Shown here: piece after piece, positions 1 through 8,291 of the stretch
How positions within the stretch are numbered: position 1 is the stretch's first letter
Layout: every line of letters starts with the position of its first letter
From: an uncultured Gammaproteobacteria bacterium
GTDB taxonomy: Bacteria; Patescibacteriota; Microgenomatia; Levybacterales; UBA12049
Length of the DNA: 64,000 bases
Reading direction: 5' to 3'
NCBI GenBank assembly: GCA_964391315.1
Contig: CAYMJR010000005.1
Coordinates: 1,890-65,889, forward strand
Notes under the pieces: generated by a model
The model's input: the letters and a program-made list of their open reading frames with translations, nothing else
Told to the model about the DNA's origin: nothing
The model's database searches: none
Translations under genes and position numbers: made by a program

Positions 1-305
1 AGTGGGAAGTTGCGGAAGACGAAATTAATTTTTCCGTTGTAATTACTTAACAGTTGCGTCACAATCGGATATGATGCTCCACAAGCTGGACATTGAAAAT
101 CTCCAAATTCAACAAGAGTTACCTTTGCATCTTTTGCTATCATTGCATGACTATCTGATTTGATAAGCAGTTTCATTTGGCTATCTGATATTTTTGGTTT
201 TGGCTTTGACGATGAAGAACTGCCGCCGACAAAAAATACCGCTCCTACAACAATAAGCAGTGTTGCGATACCAATTCCGATAAGTGTTTTTGCTTCAGTA
301 CTCAT
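1..305 (-). CDS. DsbA/BdbD-like thiol:disulfide oxidoreductase, N-terminal part (gene continues beyond window start)
   Basis: Open-ended, so absent from the ORF track. Hand translation from the ATG at 305 gives MSTEAKTLIGIGIATLLIVVGAVFF (signal anchor), then VTLVEFGDFQCPACGASYP (thioredoxin-fold CPxC site), then FVFRNFPL. It starts 1 nt after the stop of the DsbB-like gene. Confidence 0.7.
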   Translation of the reverse strand, partial: MSTEAKTLIGIGIATLLIVVGAVFFVGGSSSSSKPKPKISDSQMKLLIKSDSHAMIAKDAKVTLVEFGDFQCPACGASYPIVTQLLSNYNGKINFVFRNFP

Positions 306-306
306 A

Positions 307-726
307 TTATTTTCGATGTAATTTCAACAACATTATGCTACAAATAAGAATAAATGTAAAGGTTATAAATGAGCCAAGCGGAATGTCGATAAAACCAAAA
401 ATTTGTACGAGTTTTTGCGTGCATGATACTCCTGCCTGACAAGGAATAATCGGCTCAGGAATAATTTTGTAATATAAGAGGTTATGATACAAAGCAATAA
501 TCCATCCACTCACTGCAAGTGGCAATACATAAAGAGGAAGATTTTTGTCTTTCAAAAGGATGCCAACGACTGCAATTGGGACAATTGGATACATCGCAAT
601 CCGTTGATACCAACAGAGCGTACATGGGACAAGATGAACAATCTCACTAAAATACAAACTACCAAGAAGACCTACAAGAGCAAGAAGAAGAATGGCATAC
701 GGTAGATAGATAAGAAGTTTTTTCAC
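307..726 (-). CDS. dsbB: DsbB/BdbC-family disulfide bond formation membrane protein
   Basis: 139 aa with four hydrophobic helices. The first loop carries CTLCWYQRIAMYP (CxxC-WYQR, typical of Gram-positive BdbC/DsbB). A second Cys pair lies in PCQAGVSC. Immediately upstream of the DsbA-like gene. Confidence 0.75.
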   Translation of the reverse strand: MKKLLIYLPYAILLLALVGLLGSLYFSEIVHLVPCTLCWYQRIAMYPIVPIAVVGILLKDKNLPLYVLPLAVSGWIIALYHNLLYYKIIPEPIIPCQAGVSCTQKLVQIFGFIDIPLGSFITFTFILICSIMLLKLHRK

Positions 727-758
727 TAAGAAGAGTATAGCAGAAAATTGGAGTTTTT

Positions 759-962
759 TTAATTAATAGATTCATCATACCAGGCAATTCCTTCTCTTAC
801 TTCTTCCATTAATTCCTGGTTATCAACGATTTCATCATCATCACTTACACTGCCTCTTGTTGAGGTAATAACATACATATCAGGAAAGTAATCACTTGCG
901 TCATAGAGTGTCGCGTTATTGATTGTATATTTCCTTCCGTTTTTATAGAAGATGAATTTCAT
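759..962 (-). CDS. Small acidic hypothetical protein
   Basis: 67-aa ORF filling the gap between serC and dsbB on the same strand. No recognisable motif. Confidence 0.3.
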   Translation of the reverse strand: MKFIFYKNGRKYTINNATLYDASDYFPDMYVITSTRGSVSDDDEIVDNQELMEEVREGIAWYDESIN

Positions 963-1019
963 TATGTCCCACTATACAGTTGAGATATAAGATATAGATC
1001 GTAAGCGTGTAAGAAACAG

Positions 1020-2087
1020 TTAAGAGAAAACTTGAAGAAGTTTTTTGACTTGTATTTTAGAAAGTGATGGGAAATTGGCGATTCTGATATGATTATCTTT
1101 TCTTTTACCATATCCTTGAGAAACAATAAATCCTTTCTTTTTTAAACCAGCAACGATTTGTCCTGATTCACCATTGACGTCGATAACTAGTGTTGTTTTT
1201 GAACGAAATGGCTTTGCAACATAGGGATGATACTTTTGATGCTTGTCAAAAAAATTATAAATTAATGCAGATTTTTCTTCTGTTTGTTTTCGGATTGTTT
1301 CGATACCAACAGCAAGCATTTCTTGTGTTACTTTACTGAGAAGATAAATATTACCTACATTTGGTGTCTCACGGGTTTGAAATTTTTCTTCAAATTCAGC
1401 CAATTTAAGAAAGTTATGATAACTGCCAATATTTATATTACTCTTCTCAAGTTTTTTTGTTTTCTTAAGTGCTTCTTCATTTACGATAAGTACTCCAAGT
1501 CCCGCAGGAAGACCAAAACCTTTTTGAACAGAAAAAAGGAGAATATCGATTTGAGAAAAATCAATTGTTGTATAAGGAATTGATGATACGACATCAACTG
1601 CGATAAGCGCTTGAGGGTTTTTTGTTTTTAGTTTGTATATCTCGTCCATTGGTAGTGCTACACCTGTACTTGTTTCATTTTGTACGAGACAGATAAGTTC
1701 TGTATTTTTGGGAATTTTTACTTTTGTAAAATCAAATCCTTCACCATTTGGCGCATCAAACCTTAACGCATTTTTTTTCAAATCCACTGCAATTTGCCAA
1801 AATTCCCGCGAAAAGGAGCCATTTACAAAATGAAAACATTTTTTTTCTACTATATTCTGAATCGTTCGCTCCATACCCTCAAGCGCGCTGGAGGTGAAAA
1901 AAATATGATGTGTTGATGGGATGGTAAGTAAGGTACGAAGATTGGTAGCAGCCGTTTCATATATTTTTGAAAACTCTTTGCTTCGATGAGAAAGCGAAAA
2001 AATATTTTCTTTCAGGGCATTTTTTACATGTTTTGAAACAGTCGGATACAATTGAGATGGCCCGACAGTAAAGAATACTTCTTTCAT
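1020..2087 (-). CDS. serC: Phosphoserine aminotransferase (class V aminotransferase)
   Basis: 355 aa. SerC-like PLP-lysine context FSVQKGFGLPAGLGVLIV. Lies 5 nt downstream of the serB-serA fusion on the same strand. Confidence 0.75.
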   Translation of the reverse strand: MKEVFFTVGPSQLYPTVSKHVKNALKENIFSLSHRSKEFSKIYETAATNLRTLLTIPSTHHIFFTSSALEGMERTIQNIVEKKCFHFVNGSFSREFWQIAVDLKKNALRFDAPNGEGFDFTKVKIPKNTELICLVQNETSTGVALPMDEIYKLKTKNPQALIAVDVVSSIPYTTIDFSQIDILLFSVQKGFGLPAGLGVLIVNEEALKKTKKLEKSNINIGSYHNFLKLAEFEEKFQTRETPNVGNIYLLSKVTQEMLAVGIETIRKQTEEKSALIYNFFDKHQKYHPYVAKPFRSKTTLVIDVNGESGQIVAGLKKKGFIVSQGYGKRKDNHIRIANFPSLSKIQVKKLLQVFS

Positions 2088-2092
2088 AATTT

Positions 2093-3991
2093 TTAATACA
2101 ATACTCTAAATCTTATTGTACTTGGAATTTTTTTTAATGCTTCAATGACTGCGTTTTGATGTTTTTTATTTACATCAGTAATAACATAGCCGATCTCTTC
2201 ATTTGTTTTTAATGATTGACCGAGAATGTTGATATTATGTTTTGCAAGGGTGCTATTAATTTGGGCGAGAATACCAGGAGTATTTTTATGTATATGCAAA
2301 AATCTGTGTGCATGTCCTTGTTCTTGCGGCTGAATATTTGGCAAAGTAATACTGAGATATGTATTGCCTGAATTAATATAGTCAATAATTTTGTTAGAGA
2401 CAAATTCAGCAATATTTTTTTGTGCTTCCTCCGTAGATCCACCAATATGTGGTGTTAAAATGACATTTGGTAGATTTTGTAACTCTGAAAGGAATGGATC
2501 ATCATTGCCTTTTGGTTCTTTGGGAAATACGTCAATTGCTGCCCCCTTAACTCTTCCCTGTTTGAGATATTTGATGAGTGCTTGTTGATCAACAACAAAT
2601 CCGCGGCTTGCGTTGATAAAAATTACTCCATCTCTCATAAGTTGGAATTCTTTTTCGCTAATAAGATTTGTATTATTTTTATTTCCATCAACATGTAGTG
2701 TTACAATATCGGATTTTTTCAATAATTCTTCAAGCGTGTCACATTTTGTCGCGTTACCAAGAATAGGTTTTTCAATAACATCATAATAATAGACGTGCAT
2801 ACCAAGTGCTTCTGCAATAAGTCCGACTTGAGTTCCGATAGTACCATAACCGATAATTCCAAGATTTTTTCCTTTTACTTCATAACTTCCTTTTGCTGAT
2901 TTATCCCAAATCCCCTGATGCATTTTTGCGTTTTTCTCAAAAATATTTCTTGTAAGCATAATCATTTCACCGATTACGAGTTCTACAACACTCCTGGTAC
3001 TACTGTATGGTGCATTAAATGCAGCAATACCTTTTTGTGTGAGAGATGGTATATGGAGATGATTGGTACCAATGGTAAATGTTCCAACACTTAGCAACCT
3101 GTGGGCTGCTTCAATAAGTTTGGGAGTTACTGCGGTTCGTGACCGAACACAAAGGATAGAAACGTCTTTTACTTTTTTAAGTAATTCTTCTTCAGGAAGA
3201 CTTTTTGTATGCCATTCAACGGTATATCCTTCTTTTTCAAAAGCGTCGACTGCATTCTGGTCAATATTTTCAAGCATTAGGACTGAGAGTTTTGTTTTGG
3301 GATATGAAAGAGACATGGGTAAATTATTTTCGTATAAGAATTCATCAAAAGATGCAATCACGCCATCAGCATTTTTAGCAACAATTTCTCTTTCGATGTT
3401 TTCTGTAAAAGCAATAAAACGGTTCACGAGTCCTGCTTCTTTTAATTTATAATCTGTATAGCCATCCCCTATTACAATTATTTCTCCCTTAAGTTTGAGA
3501 GTTTTTAATAATTTTACTTTTCCATCATTTTGAGAAAGTGGATTAGCTTTATCAAAACCAATAATGTTATTTTTACCATCAAACAGAAATGTGTTAGCAA
3601 AAATATGATTTTCGTTAATACCAAATGGATTCACAACAGGAGTAATAAATTCTTTAAATCCGCCGGAAATAATGTAAATATTTTTGGCATATGTTTTAAA
3701 AAATGATTTATTACGAAAAATTGATGTGGTAATTTTCTTTTTGAGAACCTTTGCTGTTTTTTCTACATGTTCACGGTTAGCTTGTAATAAACGGAGTCTT
3801 TCTTCCAAACTTTTTCTGAAAGGAATTGTTCCATCCATTCCTTGTTGTGTGAGGTGTTTTATTTTTTCAAGAGTTGTTGTTTTGTCAGGAGTATTTTTTA
3901 GTGCGATGCTTGCTAATTCGTCGAGCCCTTCACTTTTTACAAATGTACTATCAAAATCTATCAGAAAATATTGTTGATTCTTTTTCTGCAT
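2093..3991 (-). CDS. serA: Fusion protein: phosphoserine phosphatase (HAD) + D-3-phosphoglycerate dehydrogenase with C-terminal ACT domain
   Basis: 632 aa. The N-terminal ~220 aa carry HAD motifs FLIDFDSTF (DxDxT), ISGGFKEF and GDGYTD. The remainder has the 2-hydroxyacid dehydrogenase NAD site GIIGYGTIGTQVG, then NASRG and TPHIGGSTEEAQ. The ACT-like tail reads HRFLHIHKNTPGILAQINSTLA. Confidence 0.8.
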   Translation of the reverse strand: MQKKNQQYFLIDFDSTFVKSEGLDELASIALKNTPDKTTTLEKIKHLTQQGMDGTIPFRKSLEERLRLLQANREHVEKTAKVLKKKITTSIFRNKSFFKTYAKNIYIISGGFKEFITPVVNPFGINENHIFANTFLFDGKNNIIGFDKANPLSQNDGKVKLLKTLKLKGEIIVIGDGYTDYKLKEAGLVNRFIAFTENIEREIVAKNADGVIASFDEFLYENNLPMSLSYPKTKLSVLMLENIDQNAVDAFEKEGYTVEWHTKSLPEEELLKKVKDVSILCVRSRTAVTPKLIEAAHRLLSVGTFTIGTNHLHIPSLTQKGIAAFNAPYSSTRSVVELVIGEMIMLTRNIFEKNAKMHQGIWDKSAKGSYEVKGKNLGIIGYGTIGTQVGLIAEALGMHVYYYDVIEKPILGNATKCDTLEELLKKSDIVTLHVDGNKNNTNLISEKEFQLMRDGVIFINASRGFVVDQQALIKYLKQGRVKGAAIDVFPKEPKGNDDPFLSELQNLPNVILTPHIGGSTEEAQKNIAEFVSNKIIDYINSGNTYLSITLPNIQPQEQGHAHRFLHIHKNTPGILAQINSTLAKHNINILGQSLKTNEEIGYVITDVNKKHQNAVIEALKKIPSTIRFRVLY

Positions 3992-4021
3992 AATGTGCCT
4001 AGTCAGTATGGTTACTTCAGC

Positions 4022-4050
4022 TTGACATGAGTAGTTCGCTTTGTTACTAT
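4022..4050 (+). promoter_or_regulatory. Sigma-70-type promoter (TTGACA-N17-TACTAT with TGn extended -10)
   Basis: TTGACA at 4022-4027, 17-nt spacer ending in TGT, TACTAT at 4045-4050. Sits 36 nt upstream of the ATG at 4086. Confidence 0.5.
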
Positions 4051-4085
4051 CCCTCTGTTTTAATATTTGTCAGTAACGTTAGACT

Positions 4086-4691
4086 ATGGAACAACAAGAT
4101 TATAATCAAACTCCTCCTAAAAAGTCCAGTAGTATAAAACATATTTTTCGTTTTTTGCCCCCCGTAATCTTTTTTGGTCTGATTACGTTTCTAATTATGG
4201 AAGGAATAACCTCCAAACCAACAAATATTAGTACAAAATCACAAGCTGATCAACGAATGGCAGTTAACGCTCCTCTTTTGACAAAATCAATTAACAAATC
4301 TTTTATCTTTTCTCTGCTTGATCAAACGGGACAGGAGATGGGTAAATTTACTTATACAATAGACAGCGTTGAATTACGTAATCAAATTGTCGTAAAAGAT
4401 CAGGAAGCAACTGCAATTCAAGGAAAAAGATTTCTTGTTATCAATGTTAATTTAACTAATGCCGATAATAAGCCGATTTCTGTGAATGCAAGAGATTATC
4501 TCCGGGTAACGCTTGATAATTCACCAGAAAAATTTGCTCCCGATTTACATAGTGATCCGGTTGACGTACAAGCTATTTCTACAAAATCGACTCGTCTGGG
4601 ATTAACAATTGATGACACTGTAAAGAACATTACTCTTCAAGTAGGCGAAATAACAGGTAAAAAAGCCAGCATTTCAATCCCCCTTAACTAG
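4086..4691 (+). CDS. Membrane-anchored extracytoplasmic protein, DUF4352-like beta-sandwich
   Basis: 201 aa with an N-terminal TM (FLPPVIFFGLITFLIM). The C-terminal region KRFLVINVNLTNADNKPISVNARDYLRV resembles DUF4352 immunoglobulin-like domains. Confidence 0.45.
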   Translation: MEQQDYNQTPPKKSSSIKHIFRFLPPVIFFGLITFLIMEGITSKPTNISTKSQADQRMAVNAPLLTKSINKSFIFSLLDQTGQEMGKFTYTIDSVELRNQIVVKDQEATAIQGKRFLVINVNLTNADNKPISVNARDYLRVTLDNSPEKFAPDLHSDPVDVQAISTKSTRLGLTIDDTVKNITLQVGEITGKKASISIPLN

Positions 4692-4859
4692 GTCTCATTT
4701 TATTATAGACTCTTCAAAATAGATATTTGTATAAAAATCTTTCACAAAATTTACAATCGTCATACAAAAATATAAACGAATTTAGTTGAATATGGATAAC
4801 GCTCTCATATGACGAAGATATTTGCTACGAAACCTACAAAGAGGAAGGAGGTGAATAAA

Positions 4860-6017
4860 ATGAACTACAAAAAAAGTTTTGCTACAGTGGTAGCAACCGG
4901 AGCAATTGTCCTTAACGCATTAGCTCCTATTGCATTTGCAAGTGACACAACAGTGAGTGGAAATGGAGCATTTTCTAATACAGAAGCAAATGTTTCTACA
5001 GGTAGTAATACATCTGTAACTCAAAACAATAATGCAAACGTTTCCAATAACGTTAACTCAAATGCATCATCAGGAAATAATGATGCAAGTTTTAATACTG
5101 GCGGAAATAGTAGTATCAGTACAGGAAATGCTTCCAATGGTACTTCAGTCAGTAATAACGTAAATTCCAATACTGCGACGGTGAACACTTCCGGCAGCGG
5201 TAGTAATGGAGCAAGCGTTAACGTTTCTGGTAATGGTGCGTTTTCAAACAATAAGGTATCAGCACCCACTGGGTCAAATACCACTGTATCTCAAAACAAT
5301 AACGAAAACGTTACTAATAACGTTAATTCAAATGCATCATCAGGGAATAACAGTGCAGGGAATAATACAGGGGGCAGTACAGGAATTAACACTGGAAGTG
5401 CCTCAACTGGTGTCTCTGTTAGTACTAGCGCCAATAGAAATGTCGCAAGTGTTACAGGAGGCAATGGAGCTTCAGATGGCTCAAATGTAAATGTCTCCGG
5501 TAATGGTGCATTTAGTAATAATGCCATTCAGATTAGTAACCAATCATCAAGTACTGTTAATCAAAACAATAATGCAAATGTAACAAATAACATTAATTCA
5601 AATGCATCATCAGGGAATAACAGTGCAGGGTTTAATACCGGTGGCAGTTCAGGAATCAATACAGGAAGTGCAAACACAAGTGTAGATGTCAGTAATAGCG
5701 TTAATTTTAACACCGCTGATATCAGTAGTGGAAACTTCACTGGAGCAACCAATCTAACAATTTCCGGAAACGGTGCTGACTCTCTCAACAGAGTTATGGC
5801 CGATGGCTCGAGCAATAACTGGTTTGCTCAAAACAACATGGCAGACTTGCATAATGACGTAAATAATAATACGTCAAGTGGCAATAATGCTTCCACTTTT
5901 GGTACTGGAAACTGGGGAGCAGGCATGTTCATCTCAGCAGGTAGTGCCAGCACAGGAGCATCTATTAGCAATAACGCTAATGCAAATTCTGCAGGTCAAG
6001 GTGTAATGCTTGAATGA
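4860..6017 (+). CDS. Secreted Asn/Ser/Gly/Thr-rich repeat protein (4 tandem ~90-aa SGNGA-type units)
   Basis: The track ORF begins at 4809, but the ATG at 4860 is preceded by AAGGAGGTG (GGAGG at 4847-4851, 8-nt spacing). That start yields the signal peptide MNYKKSFATVVATGAIVLNALAPIAFA. The body is four units starting (V/I)SGNGA(F/D)S. Confidence 0.8.
   Translation: MNYKKSFATVVATGAIVLNALAPIAFASDTTVSGNGAFSNTEANVSTGSNTSVTQNNNANVSNNVNSNASSGNNDASFNTGGNSSISTGNASNGTSVSNNVNSNTATVNTSGSGSNGASVNVSGNGAFSNNKVSAPTGSNTTVSQNNNENVTNNVNSNASSGNNSAGNNTGGSTGINTGSASTGVSVSTSANRNVASVTGGNGASDGSNVNVSGNGAFSNNAIQISNQSSSTVNQNNNANVTNNINSNASSGNNSAGFNTGGSSGINTGSANTSVDVSNSVNFNTADISSGNFTGATNLTISGNGADSLNRVMADGSSNNWFAQNNMADLHNDVNNNTSSGNNASTFGTGNWGAGMFISAGSASTGASISNNANANSAGQGVMLE
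4953..6014 (+). repeat. Four in-frame tandem coding repeats, period ~270 nt
   Basis: Unit starts at 4953, 5223, 5493 and 5760 (VSGNGAFSN x3, then ISGNGADSL). Each unit contains QNNNANV(S/T)NN(V/I)NSNASSGNN..FNTGG...(I)(S/N)TG(N/S)A. The three similar antisense shadow ORFs (LFPDDAFELTLL) reflect the same periodicity. Confidence 0.9.
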
Positions 6018-6056
6018 TATGAGAGTAAAGAAACTTTCATCTCAAAATAAGTAATT

Positions 6057-6109
6057 TTGTAGGATAGTGGTGTCTTTCTTAAGATCACGGAAAGGCACCC
6101 TACCTACAA
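6057..6109 (+). terminator. Long imperfect hairpin between the two repeat-protein genes (terminator/attenuator-like, no U tract)
   Basis: Hand pairing: 6057-6078 (ttgtaggatagtggtgtctttc) pairs with 6090-6109 (gaaaggcaccctacctacaa). About 20 bp with two 1-nt bulges and one G-U pair, 11-nt loop. Followed by A-rich sequence rather than U-rich. Confidence 0.4.
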
Positions 6110-6164
6110 ATAAGAATTAAGATTTAGGATTAAAGATTTAAGAATAAAAAAATTTAAGAGATGT

Positions 6165-8291
6165 ATGAAAAGAAAATTTAAAAAATATTTATCAATACTC
6201 GTAGTTATAGCTATTTTGTTAATCCAGACAACACCAATACATGTTTTAGCAGATGATGGTTCTACAACTTCCTCTTCATCAGATCAATCAACTCAGCCAG
6301 CAGATCCTTCACCATCTCCTGACTCCCCACAAAATGTAACACCTACACAAAATGTAACACCTACACAAAGTGTATCTGACCCGTCTGTAACACCTGATCA
6401 GGATCAGTCACATCATCTTTCAGGTCAAGATCGTGAAGCATATCGTGCTGCCGCTAAAGCAGCATTTGAACAGTCACAATTACATCCTACTCCTTCACTA
6501 ACGACCAGTAATAATGGTGCAGATTCAAAAAATAATTCATCAGCAAATACAACAGATTCCACTAATAACAATCAAACAAACACCGCACAAGTTGGTAACA
6601 ATATCAATCAATCATCAGATACAGGCAAAAATACATCATCCTACAATGTTGGAAATTCTACACTCAAAACAGGTGATGCCAATGTCTCAGGTACTGCAAT
6701 TACCGGTGTAAATTCCAATCTCAGTAATGTATCTGTTTCAGAATTTACTGTTGTAGATACACAAAAAGGAGATCTTGTTCTCTCTCCTAATGCGTTTGCA
6801 GCAAATTGTATTTCTGGATGTGGAACATCCACGTCAACGAGTGGTAATGGTGCAGATTCCACAAATAATTCTAATTCATCAAATACAACAAATTCCAATT
6901 CATCACAAACGAATTCTGCCAACATTGGAAATAATCTTACTCTTTCTGCAAATACTGGGGATAACACGGCCAGTTTTAATACGAATGGTGATACAACAAT
7001 TACAACAGGTAATGCCAATGTCTCAGCAAATTCTTTGACGTTTGCAAATAATAATATTGCTGGAGGAGTGACATTTGGTGTTGTGAATATTTATGGAAAT
7101 TTACAAGGAGATATTGTGTTACCAGATTTTGGATCTGCTGGAACATCATCGAGTAGTTCTATGACTAGTGGAAATGGTACCAGTTCAACAAATACTAATT
7201 CGGCAAATACAACCACTAATACTGCTATTGGACAGAACAACGATGCTACTATTGTCAATAATGTTATTGTTGGAGGTGGAACTGGCAACAATAGTTCTAG
7301 CGGTAATACTGATGGTAATACCACTATCAATACCGGCAAAGCAACAACGGATACCAGCATTCTCAATATCGCAAATTCTAACATTAGTGATGGTACGATG
7401 TGGTTGGTACTTGTTAATCAGGCAGGTAATTGGGTTGGGCAGCTACTGGGTGCGCCGGATGGATCAAAAATTGCTGGATCTCCCGGAACGCAGTTTTCAA
7501 CAGAATCAAACGGACAAATCACTGCGACTAATGGTTTGGTAAGTTCTTCATCAACTCAATCTGGTAATGGGGCTAATTCCAATAATTCATCAAATGTTTC
7601 TAGTTCAGAAAATAACAATAACATACAAAATAATAATGCAACAATAACAAACACACTTAATTTGTCTGCAAACACCGGTGGCAATCAAACAAACTACAAC
7701 ACAGGTGAAAATACCATCATCAACACAGGTGATTCAAAAATCGTCGCAAATCTCATAAATTTTGCAAATAATAATATTTCATCAACCGGTAGATTGGTTG
7801 TCACAGTTATAAATGTTTTTGGTTCTTGGGTTGGTGATTTGGTAACGCCTGGACACCAAAAGCAAAACCAAACAGCATCAAATAACAATAGTTCTACTCC
7901 ATCAACATCTTCTTCTTCTTCTTCTTCTTCAAATAATAATGCTACAAATGCAACAAATCTCTCTAGTACTACAAACACAACTCCCACCCCTACTCCAACA
8001 AGTACGATGGAGACAACAACAAATACTGTTTCATCAAATTTTAGTACAAAAGGTCAAACACAAACAGAAACTGCACAAACTGGTTTAGGTGATGGAAATG
8101 GACAAGTAGCAGCTGCCACAAATATTTCCGATGATAATGGAGGAATGCAATTGGTGGCAGGAGAACACAAAAAAGTTATCACTATTAATTTAGCATGGTT
8201 TTTGTTACTCGTTCCACTACTTGTTTATATTGGAATAAAAAAACGACACAAGCTTCTTAAAATACTGAAAGAAATAAGAAAAATTTACTAG
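6165..8291 (+). CDS. Large surface protein: signal peptide, P/S/T/Q-rich region, four ~110-130-aa SGNGA-type repeats, S/T/N/P stalk, C-terminal TM anchor
   Basis: 708 aa. Signal MKRKFKKYLSILVVIAILLIQTTPIHVLA. Repeat starts are SNNGADS, TSGNGADS, TSGNGTSS and QSGNGANS. Each unit ends in a hydrophobic strand such as GGVTFGVVNIYGNLQGDIVLP or GRLVVTVINVFGSWVGDLVTP. The C-terminus is LAWFLLLVPLLVYIGIKKRHK. Confidence 0.8.
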   Translation: MKRKFKKYLSILVVIAILLIQTTPIHVLADDGSTTSSSSDQSTQPADPSPSPDSPQNVTPTQNVTPTQSVSDPSVTPDQDQSHHLSGQDREAYRAAAKAAFEQSQLHPTPSLTTSNNGADSKNNSSANTTDSTNNNQTNTAQVGNNINQSSDTGKNTSSYNVGNSTLKTGDANVSGTAITGVNSNLSNVSVSEFTVVDTQKGDLVLSPNAFAANCISGCGTSTSTSGNGADSTNNSNSSNTTNSNSSQTNSANIGNNLTLSANTGDNTASFNTNGDTTITTGNANVSANSLTFANNNIAGGVTFGVVNIYGNLQGDIVLPDFGSAGTSSSSSMTSGNGTSSTNTNSANTTTNTAIGQNNDATIVNNVIVGGGTGNNSSSGNTDGNTTINTGKATTDTSILNIANSNISDGTMWLVLVNQAGNWVGQLLGAPDGSKIAGSPGTQFSTESNGQITATNGLVSSSSTQSGNGANSNNSSNVSSSENNNNIQNNNATITNTLNLSANTGGNQTNYNTGENTIINTGDSKIVANLINFANNNISSTGRLVVTVINVFGSWVGDLVTPGHQKQNQTASNNNSSTPSTSSSSSSSSNNNATNATNLSSTTNTTPTPTPTSTMETTTNTVSSNFSTKGQTQTETAQTGLGDGNGQVAAATNISDDNGGMQLVAGEHKKVITINLAWFLLLVPLLVYIGIKKRHKLLKILKEIRKIY
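6507..7853 (+). repeat. Four in-frame tandem coding repeats, period ~330-390 nt, same family as 4953-6014
   Basis: Unit starts at 6507, 6840, 7167 and 7560. Core shared with the upstream gene: SGNGA.S.N...N.A.(I/V).N.(L/V)...A.TG.N...(F/Y)NT.G.T.I.TG.A. Confidence 0.8.
7908..7930 (+). repeat. (TCT)n trinucleotide microsatellite encoding poly-Ser
   Basis: tcttcttcttcttcttcttcttc, about 7.7 units, encodes SSSSSSSS in the stalk of the 708-aa protein. Confidence 0.9.

Noticed and set aside
5021-5815. Three similar ~80-aa minus-strand ORFs (5021-5284, 5291-5527, 5561-5815) sharing LFPDDAFELTLL-type sequences
   Set aside because: They are antisense shadows of the 270-nt tandem coding repeats of the plus-strand gene. 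That gene has a signal peptide, a strong SD and consistent repeat phasing. The same applies to the nested ORFs at 6514-7987 inside the 708-aa gene.
4953-7853. Periodic repeats that could be mistaken for a CRISPR or other non-coding array
   Set aside because: The period is 270-390 nt, the units are diverged and in frame inside long ORFs, and there are no short identical direct repeats with unique spacers. No cas genes are present in the window.
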